Source: a virus. From it: a stretch of DNA of 64,000 bases. How positions within the stretch are numbered: position 1 is the first letter of the stretch; the number at the start of each line of letters is the position of its first letter. Position numbers and translations under genes: made by a program. The notes beneath the pieces are model-generated. The model saw only the letters and a program-made list of their open reading frames with translations, ran no database searches and had not been told where the DNA came from. Location of the stretch: IMG/VR virus record IMGVR_UViG_3300025941_000015, positions 32,001-96,000 of that record; one strand, written 5' to 3'. This document shows, one piece after another, positions 42,307-51,621 of this stretch.

Positions 42307-42726
42307 ATGGCAACCATCGAGATCGTCGGAGCCGCAGAGGTGGCCGAGATCCTCGGCATTGGGAACACGAACTTCTCCCACCTGCGCAAGCAGCGGGCCG
42401 GTACTGACGATGCGTTCCCTGATCCCATCGTCGTGCTCAAGTGTGGCCCGATCTGGAAGAAGAGCGACGCCGTCAAGTACGCCAAGACGTATGCGGCTCG
42501 CCGTCGGCACATCCCCGCTCCGGCGGCGCCGAATGGCACGGCAGTCGAGGCGAAGAACGGCACGGCCGTTGCCAAGAAGGTCGCCTCGACCCCCAAGGCC
42601 AAGGCCACTCCAGTGGAGAAGGCCGCTGCGACCCCGAGCAAGAAGGTCGCTCCCCGCGAGAAGGTCGCTCCCCGCAAGCTGCCCGCCAAGAAGGCTCCGG
42701 TCAAGAAGCTGGCCCTGGCGCGATGA
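42307..42726 (+). CDS. AlpA/Xis-like HTH protein with histone-like PAKK tail; candidate regulator
   Basis: IVGAAEVAEILGI...FPDP......GPIW; C-terminal KVAP/PAKK repeats; AAGGAG RBS. Confidence 0.75.
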   Translation: MATIEIVGAAEVAEILGIGNTNFSHLRKQRAGTDDAFPDPIVVLKCGPIWKKSDAVKYAKTYAARRRHIPAPAAPNGTAVEAKNGTAVAKKVASTPKAKATPVEKAAATPSKKVAPREKVAPRKLPAKKAPVKKLALAR

Positions 42727-42788
42727 TGTCTCTGACCTTGGAGCGGTGGACCGTCCTCCACCGCTCCTCGGTCTGAGTCGAGGCTCTG

Positions 42789-43121
42789 ATGGCATTCCCA
42801 GGAAGCAAGTTCGCCCCCGGCACGGTCAACACCGAGGTGCTCCAGCCGGAGCAGTTCTCCAAGCCCGGCCCGTGGTACCCCATGGTCTCCTCACGTGTGA
42901 CCGAGGCGCGCTACGACAAGGGCCTCATGCAGATCCACGTCATCTTCCGAGACGGCACCCCGTGGGTGTACGACGGCGTGCCCACCAACATCTGGCGCAA
43001 CTTCCGTCGATCCGCATCACCCGGCAAGTTCATCAACCGTGTGCTCAACGGGTACAGCAATTACCACGGTGGCTTCAACTACGCTGATGACAGTGGGGAA
43101 GACGAAGACGACGGTGAGTGA
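42789..43121 (+). CDS. KTSC-domain protein
   Basis: SSRV..ARYD......VIFRDG..WVYDGVP...W..F..S.SPGKFIN. Confidence 0.8.
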   Translation: MAFPGSKFAPGTVNTEVLQPEQFSKPGPWYPMVSSRVTEARYDKGLMQIHVIFRDGTPWVYDGVPTNIWRNFRRSASPGKFINRVLNGYSNYHGGFNYADDSGEDEDDGE

Positions 43122-43360
43122 TCACCATCCGGCATGGTTGAAGTTCCACAGGATCTTGTAACCAGCGATCGCTGCTGCCACCGCTAGCAGGATCGGCACA
43201 ACGGTGTGATACCAGGCCAGCTCGCCCTGGCGAGGGGGTCTCTTTCGCACCGGACTACTCCTACCAAGGATCACTCGACGCTCACATGACCTTTGTGGCT
43301 TCTCGGAGCTGAAGGCATTAGCGTCGCGGGTTCGTAACCCGACCGAAGGGAAACCGAAAC

Positions 43361-43867
43361 ATGACAAGCAAACGTTTGATGGCGATCGCCCTGGGTGCAC
43401 TTGCCCTGGCGACCACCGCCTGTACACCGTCCCAGATCAACACCTGGGTCAGTTGGCACAACAGCGATCCTGCTGCTGCCGATGCGTTCTTGGAGACACC
43501 CGAGTTCCAAGAACTCAGCGACGATGGTCTGCAAGAAGCAGTCCGACTCAACCCACCTGCCGCCCCGGCTGGAGGGTCAACCGACTCATCCAATGGACAG
43601 TGCGTCGGATTCAAGGGTCTGCTCGCTCAGTACAACCCCGGCTGGTCCGTAGACCGCATGGCCGGGATCATGTACCGCGAGAGTCGCTGTGATCCCTCGG
43701 CTTCCAACTCGTGCTGTTCGGGACTGCTCCAGATGCACCGGATGCACGTTCCTGTCCCCGAGTGCGGCGTGTGGTCTCGTAACGACCTCTACAACGCCGA
43801 AGCCAACGTCTGTGCCGCCGCTCAACTGTTCAGGGCATCGGGCTACGGCGCCTGGTCAACGTCATGA
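43361..43867 (+). CDS. lipoprotein lytic transglycosylase (SLT-like)
   Basis: Signal peptide ending LATTAC; IMYRESRC, GLLQM, AEANVCAAAQL, GYGAW. Confidence 0.75.
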   Translation: MTSKRLMAIALGALALATTACTPSQINTWVSWHNSDPAAADAFLETPEFQELSDDGLQEAVRLNPPAAPAGGSTDSSNGQCVGFKGLLAQYNPGWSVDRMAGIMYRESRCDPSASNSCCSGLLQMHRMHVPVPECGVWSRNDLYNAEANVCAAAQLFRASGYGAWSTS

Positions 43868-45548
43868 ACATCACCAGCGTTGTGGCAAGCCTGGTGGAGC
43901 TGTAGCATGTCGCCCGTCGGGTTCCCCCGCATTCAACGCCCCTGCCGCTTCAACCCGGTATGCGGGGAACGCACAAGCGAACGGCACCGTCCATCGGGTC
44001 TCTGGATTCACGTCCTATTCCCAGGGCACCGCCCGCCGCACGTCCCTTCCCAGGGGGAGCCCGACGCGCCATGACCGACGACGGACTGATTGCTTTCGTG
44101 GCCTGGTGCCGCATGAACAAGCCGACCATCGTGTTCGACCCCGAGGTAGCACGACGCGTCTACGATGCCTATGACAACGACCGTGACCCGAGGGTGCGGT
44201 ACCCGTCAGTAACGAACGACCCTGACCCTCTCAACCCACCGGGACCGCAAGGAAGATGAAGCGCAGCACAGCAGCCAACGTCGTCATCGTGGCGGCGCTC
44301 TTCGTCTTGATGGTCGTGCTGTTCGTCATTGCTGGCTGGATCCTGAATGGCGCTCTGTGATCGTCCAGATCGTCGCTGGTGCTGGTCTCATCTTCTTGGG
44401 GGCCTTGACGATCGGTCTGATCATCGAGGACTGGATCGAGAACGGTAGATGAGCCGCGGTATCCCCCCGATCGAGCGCTTGCCGCTCTGTGGCAAGGAGT
44501 ACCGGTACGCCAAGAAGACCCTGACCTGTAGACGGGCCGAGGGACACAGAGGGAAGCACCGCGTGTCACGCGAGGCCATCACCGACGAGATCAGGATCCG
44601 AGCACGCAATGCAAACACCTGACTATGTAGTCATCGCCGTCATCATCGGCATTCTCACCGCCTGCCTCCTCCTCGATGTGTGGGTCAGGAAGAAGTGGGG
44701 TGGGTGATGAACAAGGTGTGGCTTCACAGCTACTGGGTGATGCTCGGCGTCGAGTCGGGTGAGCGCTCGAAGCTCATCCAACGGGCCTGGCTCACCTCTG
44801 TATTACCGCCCTTCTATCGGGGTACAGGTATCTCGATCCGCCTCGGCAGGCGTTCTCTCAAGGTCGGCGTGTGCTATCCCCGCATGCCCGTGACCGTGGA
44901 CGAGTACACCTACGTTGACGACATGGAGCAGAACCTCGATGCCCTCCTTGGGTACGAGCTGAAACAGGAGCAAGAGGAGATCAGGAAGTGGCGCGTAGAC
45001 GAACAGAGCCCGACAAGCACGACACCGACTTCAGACGCAAGCTGAGCCGCATCCCCAAGAGGGATGTGATGACGATGGTCGACGGCCACGTCGGGGAGGT
45101 CAGCAGAGCTGTGCTGGCAATGCAGACGGGCCCCGAGCCGCAGTTCGCCCACGCTCTGTGGGAAGCGACCCGTTTGTCAAGAGAGTTGACGATCATGCTC
45201 GAAGAGCTGAGCCCCTTTGAGACCTAAACGTCATTGTTTGAATCCTGTTGATCCGGTAACTTGTTACACATGAGCAATGGGCATTACGAAGCACAGGAAG
45301 CGGCTTCCGACGTTCGTGCCTTCATGGCGAGCTACGGGGCCGATTGCGAGGTGTTGCCTGCGGGCGATCGCGTCGTCATCCATATCCCCCTCCAGTCCGT
45401 TACCGATCTGCTCTCTGCGTCTCTCATTCGAGGACACGTCGTGTCGCGGCCACGACCGAGCCTCGAATCCGTCTGACCCCCAAGTCAGTAGCCAACAGCC
45501 GGGCCGCCCAGGGCCCGGCTGCTGCGCGCCCGTAGTAGCGTTGTGCGC

Positions 45549-47150
45549 GTGACGACGGTCGTGGAGATCCCAGAGGACGAGATCGCCCCTCCTCAATACG
45601 ACGCAGTCGACGACTCCGCCTACGGGGAGGACGAGGATGACGCCATCTACCTCGACCCGTCGAGCGAGGAGTTCATCCACGAGCTGACGGTGCGGACCCT
45701 CATCTTCGCTGAGGAGTTCTGTGCGGTGAACCTGTTCCCGTACCAGAAGGAAGTGGCCTACCGGGTCATCCAGTCGGTGCTGCTCGGCGACGGTGAGGAG
45801 ATCACCGTGCTCCAGGCCCGCCAGTCGGGCAAGAGTGAGACCCTCGCCTGCTGCATCGTGGCCATCATGGTGCTCCTGCCGCTCCTGGCGAAGAGCTACC
45901 CGGAGCTGCTCGGCAAGTTCTCCAAGGGATGCTGGGTCGGCGTGTTCGCCCCGACCGAGCTGCAGGCCGAGACGGTGTGGTCCCGTGTGCACGACCGCCT
46001 GACGAGTGAGAAGGCCATCCAGACGCTCGGGCACCCCGAGATCGACGACAAGGCTGTGAAGTCGGGTGGCAAGGCCAAGACGGTCACACTGCGCGGCAGC
46101 GGCTCGCTGTGCCGCATGCAGACGGCCAACCCGAAGGCCAAGATCGAGTCGAAGAGCTACCACTTCGTGCTGGTGGACGAGGCCCAGGAGTGCGACGACT
46201 ACATCGTCCAGAAGTCGATCTCACCGACCCTGGCCTTCTACAACGGCACAAAGGTGTTCACCGGCACCCCCAACCGCACCAAGAACTTCTTCTACAACAG
46301 CATCCGCTACAACAAGACCCGCCAGACCCGAGCACGGCAGCGGCAGAACCACTTCGAGTACAACTACAAGACCGTCATCAAGCACAACCCCGACTACCAC
46401 AAGTTCGTGCTCAAGGAGCGGGCCCGCCTCGGCGAGGACTCTGACGAGTTCCAGATGTCGTACAACTGCAAGTGGATGCTCGAACAGGGCATGTACGTGA
46501 CGGAGGATCGCCTCGACGAGCTGTGCGATCCCGGCATGGGCCTCGTGCGCTCGTGGTACCGCGACCCGATCGTGATCGGCATCGACCCGGCCCGTACGAC
46601 CGACTCCACGGTGCTCACCGCCATGTGGGTGGACTGGAACGCCCCGGACCGCTTCGGCTACTTCGAGCACCGCATCCTCAACTGGCTGGAGATCCACAAC
46701 AAGACGTGGGAGGAGCAGTACGCCCTGATGTACGACTTCATCTCCTCCTACAACGTGCTGCGCATCGGCGTTGACGGTCAGGGCATGGGGTCGGCCGTCG
46801 CCGAGCGCGTGCAGGCCATGTTCCCCGACATCGACGTGCACTCCTGCACCTCGGACTCGAAGAACCAGTCAGAGCGCTGGAAGCACCTCTTGGCGCTGAT
46901 CGAGCGGGGCATGTTCATCTACCCAGGGAGCGCTCAGGCGCGCCGCACCCGACCGTGGAAGAGGTTCAAGCAGCAGATGGTGGACTTGGAGAAGAAGTTC
47001 CAGGGGCCCTACCTGCTCGCCGAGGCGCCCGACGTGCGTGGCGCCCACGACGACTACCCCGACTCGGCAGCGCTCGCCGCCATCATGACGATCGAGGACA
47101 TCGTGGAAGAGGTCGAGTCCATCGACACCCCGTTCTCACGGGCCCGCTGA
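45549..47150 (+). CDS. terL: terminase large subunit
   Basis: Walker A ARQSGKS, Walker B LVDEAQ, TGT, RNase H IGIDPAR, HDDYPDS. Confidence 0.92.
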   Translation: MTTVVEIPEDEIAPPQYDAVDDSAYGEDEDDAIYLDPSSEEFIHELTVRTLIFAEEFCAVNLFPYQKEVAYRVIQSVLLGDGEEITVLQARQSGKSETLACCIVAIMVLLPLLAKSYPELLGKFSKGCWVGVFAPTELQAETVWSRVHDRLTSEKAIQTLGHPEIDDKAVKSGGKAKTVTLRGSGSLCRMQTANPKAKIESKSYHFVLVDEAQECDDYIVQKSISPTLAFYNGTKVFTGTPNRTKNFFYNSIRYNKTRQTRARQRQNHFEYNYKTVIKHNPDYHKFVLKERARLGEDSDEFQMSYNCKWMLEQGMYVTEDRLDELCDPGMGLVRSWYRDPIVIGIDPARTTDSTVLTAMWVDWNAPDRFGYFEHRILNWLEIHNKTWEEQYALMYDFISSYNVLRIGVDGQGMGSAVAERVQAMFPDIDVHSCTSDSKNQSERWKHLLALIERGMFIYPGSAQARRTRPWKRFKQQMVDLEKKFQGPYLLAEAPDVRGAHDDYPDSAALAAIMTIEDIVEEVESIDTPFSRAR

Positions 47151-47590
47151 TGGGCGACTTCCACACGGGTGTTTGCATCGTGGGACTGCCTCGCGACGCC
47201 GTCGAGGACGAGCACATCACCATCGTGTACGCCGGGGAGACCGATCAGCTCGTGAGCGCCCCGTTCTCGACCATGTGTGAGGTCGTGAACCGCATGGCGT
47301 CGCTGTTCAACCCCTTCCCAGCGTCGGTCATCGGCCACGACTGGTTCGGCCCGCCGGACGAGCGGGTGCAGGTGGCCAAGCTCGACAGCCCCTTCCTGTA
47401 CACGATGCGGAGCTGTGTGGAGCACTTCCACAACAGCCAGTTCGGCTTCCGGCCGCACATCACGGCCGTCAACGGCGTCCTGCGCCCCGTCGGCTCAACG
47501 GTCTGGTTCAACCGCATTGCCGTCTGGTACGGGGAGGACCGCATGGAGCGCGTGCTCGGTGTGGGCATGCCGATGTTCAGCATGCGCTGA
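47150..47590 (+). CDS. 2H phosphoesterase (LigT/Acb1-like)
   Basis: Two HxT motifs (EHITIVYAG, FRPHITA); TGATG-coupled to terL. Confidence 0.8.
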   Translation: MGDFHTGVCIVGLPRDAVEDEHITIVYAGETDQLVSAPFSTMCEVVNRMASLFNPFPASVIGHDWFGPPDERVQVAKLDSPFLYTMRSCVEHFHNSQFGFRPHITAVNGVLRPVGSTVWFNRIAVWYGEDRMERVLGVGMPMFSMR

Positions 47591-47662
47591 GCCACGGTCG
47601 ATCCGGCTGAGGCGGCGCATGTACCATGAGGTTGTAGCAGGTCCGACACTCAAGGAGAGCAC

Positions 47663-48064
47663 ATGTCACTCGCACCAAACCCGCTGTACCCCGAGCGTGG
47701 TGCTCAGGGTTTCGACCAGGGCCTCGCCCCGTCGATCCCCGGCGGCCGCGGTCCACTCCGGTTCGAGGAGGGCATCGCCACCGACACCGACGTGCCGTCC
47801 GACTTCGCTCGTGGTGCGTACTTCGACCCGACGTTCTCGCCGACCCGGTTGAACCACAACAACCCCGAGATGCTGTACAAGCGTGCGGAGGAGACCCTCC
47901 GGGCTCGTGCGCACGTCGGCTCCAGCACGTGGATCGAGGCTCCGGCCATGCTGAGCGACTTCGTCATCGGCGCACAGAGCGGCCAGACGCTGCCGCAGTA
48001 CGAGACGGCCATGAACCCTGACTACCGTCAGGCCCGCATGGCGCCGTCCGTCGTCCTCGACTGA
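47663..48064 (+). CDS. conserved hypothetical protein, probably virion-associated
   Basis: GPLRFEEGIATDTDVP...RAHVGSSTWIEAP; AAGGAG RBS. Confidence 0.65.
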   Translation: MSLAPNPLYPERGAQGFDQGLAPSIPGGRGPLRFEEGIATDTDVPSDFARGAYFDPTFSPTRLNHNNPEMLYKRAEETLRARAHVGSSTWIEAPAMLSDFVIGAQSGQTLPQYETAMNPDYRQARMAPSVVLD

Positions 48065-48072
48065 GGAGCCTC

Positions 48073-48849
48073 ATGCCCTACAACCCGAACTCGGCCTACC
48101 CAAGGAAGACGACGTACATCCCACCGACGTACGGCGACCATTCCTTCAGGCGCTCTGTGAACTCGCCGGACTTCTCCAGCCAGAACACGTTCGGTGGCGG
48201 CCCGGTCCGGCCGCGGGGTGGAGAGATCTACAACTCGATGATCGCTGCGGCAGCGGTCTCGGCGATTCACCCCGGAGCTGCATCAGGGATGGCGGCCGCC
48301 AGTCGTCATCCCATCCTGAACAAGCTCTCACCCATCGGTGAGCGGGGTATCGCCACGGGTGTGCAGGCGGTAGCGAACGTCGCTGTGCCAGCAGCCCAGG
48401 CAGCGATCACCGGGAACGTCACGCCTCTGCTCAAGAAGGCTGGAACGGCCGTGACCAACCGTGTGGCCACCCGAGTGCTGGGTGGCCCCATCCACGGTCC
48501 CACGCGGCCTCCGATGGCACACGGCAACCCGGCAGCCATCAAGACACGGGCCGCCAACACGGCGATGGCCGATCAGCTCGGCGGCATGGTGCTCGACGGC
48601 TCCATGCCTGGCGAGACCGGCGCAGCCAACATCCCGAAGCTCATCATCCCAACCAGATACTAGGAAGTGACCATCATGGCCCAGCAAGAGCGCCCCCAGG
48701 ACGTCCCCAACGCGAACCAGATCGCCCCCGGTGCCGAAGCAGGCGCCATGGGCCAGGACGTGCCGTACGCCGGATGGCGCCGGAGTGAGCACATCGGCTA
48801 CAGCCTGAACGAGTCATTCGGTCTCGGTATCGAGTGGGGCCGCGAGTAA
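48073..48849 (+). other. two hypothetical genes (48073-48663, 48667-48849)
   Basis: ORFs with RBS-like sequences. Confidence 0.55.
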
Positions 48850-48871
48850 CCCACCTCTTCGTACAACAGGA

Positions 48872-50791
48872 GTGATCATGGCGACCCAGAAGGCGGCTGC
48901 GGCTGCGATCAACAAGAAGAAGCCTGTGAAGAAGCCGACGACGGTGAAGGAAGGGTTCAAGAAGCCCAAGCCCCAGCCTGACATGAGCACTCAGACGCAA
49001 GCTGAGCGCGACTACGCCTCTGGTGCGCGTCTCGACCCGCCCCAACTCCACGAGATGTCGCAGACGAGCGCCGACGTGGTCCGTGCGGGCTTCACCGAGT
49101 CGATGTCGAACTGGAAGACCCGTGAGCAGACCATGCGGGACGAGCTGACCCCGAAGGGGAAGGTGAAGTCGTCAGCTCTCAAGCAGACCACGATCGACCG
49201 GCTCGACGATCGCACGGTGGACGTCCCTGCCGCTGGCCACAACATGGCTCAGGCGTGGGACCGCATGATGGACGCCCCGGACAAGCCCGCTCCGGCGTGG
49301 TACTTCGGGCACCACCGTCGCCTCAAGAGGGTCGCAGACCAGTACGGGCTCGACGCTGACACCGTCATGAGCGCCTCGGCTGGCATGTCGCCGCAGAACG
49401 GCCCGGACAACGAGTTCGACGCCGTCTCCTCTATGGCCGACGCCCACGTCAACAAGCGCCGTATCAAGGCCATCAACGACGTCTGGACGACCCCTTCCGA
49501 AGATGAGAAGAAGAAGGGCATCCAGCCCCGCCTGGTGATGAAGAAGGGTGAGGTTCGTCAGCTCAACAAGATGTCCGGTGAGGACATGCAGGCCGCCACG
49601 AGCACAGCCATGGCGAAGAACGTCAAGGTTGCCAGGGGCTTCAGGCTGGAGGGCTTCCGCAACGCCGGTACCAACCGTCAGGGTGGGTTCAGGACGATCA
49701 CCGACCCGGACTACAACGCCGTTGCCGAGATGGGGACCGCCAAGGTTCCCCTCTACGACAAGGCCATCCGCATGTCGACGCCGGACTCGCCGCTGCATCA
49801 CGAGTACGAGGCGCGCTTCACCGACCAGACAGCGGCCCGCAAGGTCCGCCTCGACAAAGAGGCAGACGCCAGCGCCAACCGGCAGGGGTCCGAGACGATC
49901 CGGGGCACGGGCGACCGCGTCGACCTGTACGGCCTCATGGGCAAGGGTGCGGAGGCGCACGACGCCGACCCGATCCACGACCACCCCATCCTCGGCAAGC
50001 GTGGCATCGCTGTACCCGACACGTGGGTCGCTGGCATCCTCTCCGGCCAGGACATGACCGACGCTGCAGAGCCCGAAGGGATGTCGGCCTCTCCGGCCAA
50101 GATCGCTGGCTCGCAGACGCGCACCACGTCCTCCAATGTGCCCGGCACGACCTTCCCCGGTCCGGCCGCAGCGAAGGCCGCTGGGGGCAAGAAGCTCACC
50201 GGCAACGCTGCGTGGGGCATGGCGGCCGTCGAGGCCATCCAGGGAGCGGCCACAGAGGCTCGCGAGGCCGGTTCGCAGACCAGCATCCCGCCCGTGATGA
50301 TGCAGGAGATGACGTGGACCCACGAGCGCTCGGAGGTGGCCAAGTCCACACTGCGAGCTGCTGCATCAGGCTTGCTGAAGAAGCACTTGGTCGGCGCCCG
50401 TGTGGCGAAGCTGACGAGCGGTGGCCTGCAGGGTGAGAAGGAGTTCCGCCCCGAGCAGGGGCCTCCTGCGCCCAGTAGGAAGGTCGAGACGCCCGGACTG
50501 TTCAGCCGTGGGTACGAGGGCAACTCGCTCGACACAGACCAGATGAGGGTCGTCCCCGGCGCTGGAGGCCCTGGCTCCACCAGGGGCCGCAACGCCGCCA
50601 TGGACTCCTTCCACGAGCGCGCTTCAGGTCCGGCTCCCTCCGAACTCGCCAAGCGGGCAGCGATCCACGCTGCGCTCGGCGTGCACGGTGAAGAGCGTGC
50701 CGCCCGTGGCATCACCGCTCCGAACGACGGAGGCGCTGCCTACGGCGGACCAGGGCCCCGCCCCTTGCGCAACCTCCGGGGTCCGAGCTGA
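48872..50791 (+). CDS. large protein with a possible HhH glycosylase-like core
   Basis: WY...AGMSPQN...N...K...Y...VPDTW...QEMTW pattern. Confidence 0.5.
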   Translation: MIMATQKAAAAAINKKKPVKKPTTVKEGFKKPKPQPDMSTQTQAERDYASGARLDPPQLHEMSQTSADVVRAGFTESMSNWKTREQTMRDELTPKGKVKSSALKQTTIDRLDDRTVDVPAAGHNMAQAWDRMMDAPDKPAPAWYFGHHRRLKRVADQYGLDADTVMSASAGMSPQNGPDNEFDAVSSMADAHVNKRRIKAINDVWTTPSEDEKKKGIQPRLVMKKGEVRQLNKMSGEDMQAATSTAMAKNVKVARGFRLEGFRNAGTNRQGGFRTITDPDYNAVAEMGTAKVPLYDKAIRMSTPDSPLHHEYEARFTDQTAARKVRLDKEADASANRQGSETIRGTGDRVDLYGLMGKGAEAHDADPIHDHPILGKRGIAVPDTWVAGILSGQDMTDAAEPEGMSASPAKIAGSQTRTTSSNVPGTTFPGPAAAKAAGGKKLTGNAAWGMAAVEAIQGAATEAREAGSQTSIPPVMMQEMTWTHERSEVAKSTLRAAASGLLKKHLVGARVAKLTSGGLQGEKEFRPEQGPPAPSRKVETPGLFSRGYEGNSLDTDQMRVVPGAGGPGSTRGRNAAMDSFHERASGPAPSELAKRAAIHAALGVHGEERAARGITAPNDGGAAYGGPGPRPLRNLRGPS

Positions 50792-51255
50792 ACCACAAGC
50801 CTCCGGCGATAGCGCTCATCAGGACCGTCTTCGCCCCTCTCCTGGCTGGAGGGTTCCTCTCCACGCTGTTGCTGTCGTTCACCGACCCTTCGGTCGAGCT
50901 GTTCGCAGCGCTGGCCACGATCCTCGCTGTGCTGTGGTACGCCCTCGCTCGGTACCTGGAGACCAAGAACCGCTACTGGGGCTTCCTGCTCGGCGTGGCG
51001 GTGCCGCCCCACTACGAGGGCGAGGACACCAAAGGTGCACTCCTGACGTCTCTCAAGCGCACTGTGGTGCCGCTCGTGATCGGGTGGGCTGTCGCTGTGC
51101 TCGCCCGAGCCGGGTACGACACACACGATGAGTCGTTATCCCTGACGTTGCAGGCCATCGTCACCTCGGTGTACTACGGGGCGGTCTGCCTCATCGAGGA
51201 GCGTCAGCCGAGCGCCGGTCTCCTCATCGGCGGCACGCAGCAACCGACCTACTAG
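50788..51255 (+). CDS. holin-like membrane protein made of two tandem domains (start uncertain)
   Basis: Twice RTV..P...WY/YY.....LE/IE...G.L.G...P.Y. Confidence 0.55.
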   Translation: MNHKPPAIALIRTVFAPLLAGGFLSTLLLSFTDPSVELFAALATILAVLWYALARYLETKNRYWGFLLGVAVPPHYEGEDTKGALLTSLKRTVVPLVIGWAVAVLARAGYDTHDESLSLTLQAIVTSVYYGAVCLIEERQPSAGLLIGGTQQPTY

Positions 51256-51271
51256 ATCCTCCGACAAGGAC

Positions 51272-51305
51272 GGCAGAGGGGTCGGGGCTCACCCGGCCCC
51301 TCTGC
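51272..51305 (+). terminator. GC-rich hairpin after the holin-like gene
   Basis: GCAGAGGGGTCGGG-gctca-CCCGGCCCCTCTGC. Confidence 0.55.
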
Positions 51306-51621
51306 TGCGTCTACGATGGGCATCATGTCAAGCATCGCCTCGGCGTCACCAGGCCGCTGGTACACCAAGACCGTCGATGATCCCATCACAGGGATACCGG
51401 ATGCGTCCCCCGCCGTGGCTGGAGCTGTCGACACGTCGTGGTCGCGGGAGCAGTACGACTGGAACACGCCCGCCGGAACAGGGCTCACTTCGACGCCGAT
51501 CGTGGCCTTGCCCTACAACTCGTGGCCGCCCGTCAACCCTCAACCAGACACTCTCTACTTGAGGATGGCTCCCTGATCTCAGGGGCCACGCACCAGATTC
51601 AACCCAGTACAAGGAGACACA

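Noticed and set aside
43200-43360. c-di-AMP (ydaO) riboswitch
   Set aside because: The context fits but the conserved ydaO sequence blocks were not recognisable.
3525-47150. Inteins or introns in polA, recA, helicases or terL
   Set aside because: Lengths and motif spacing are normal; no intein splice motifs or frame breaks seen.
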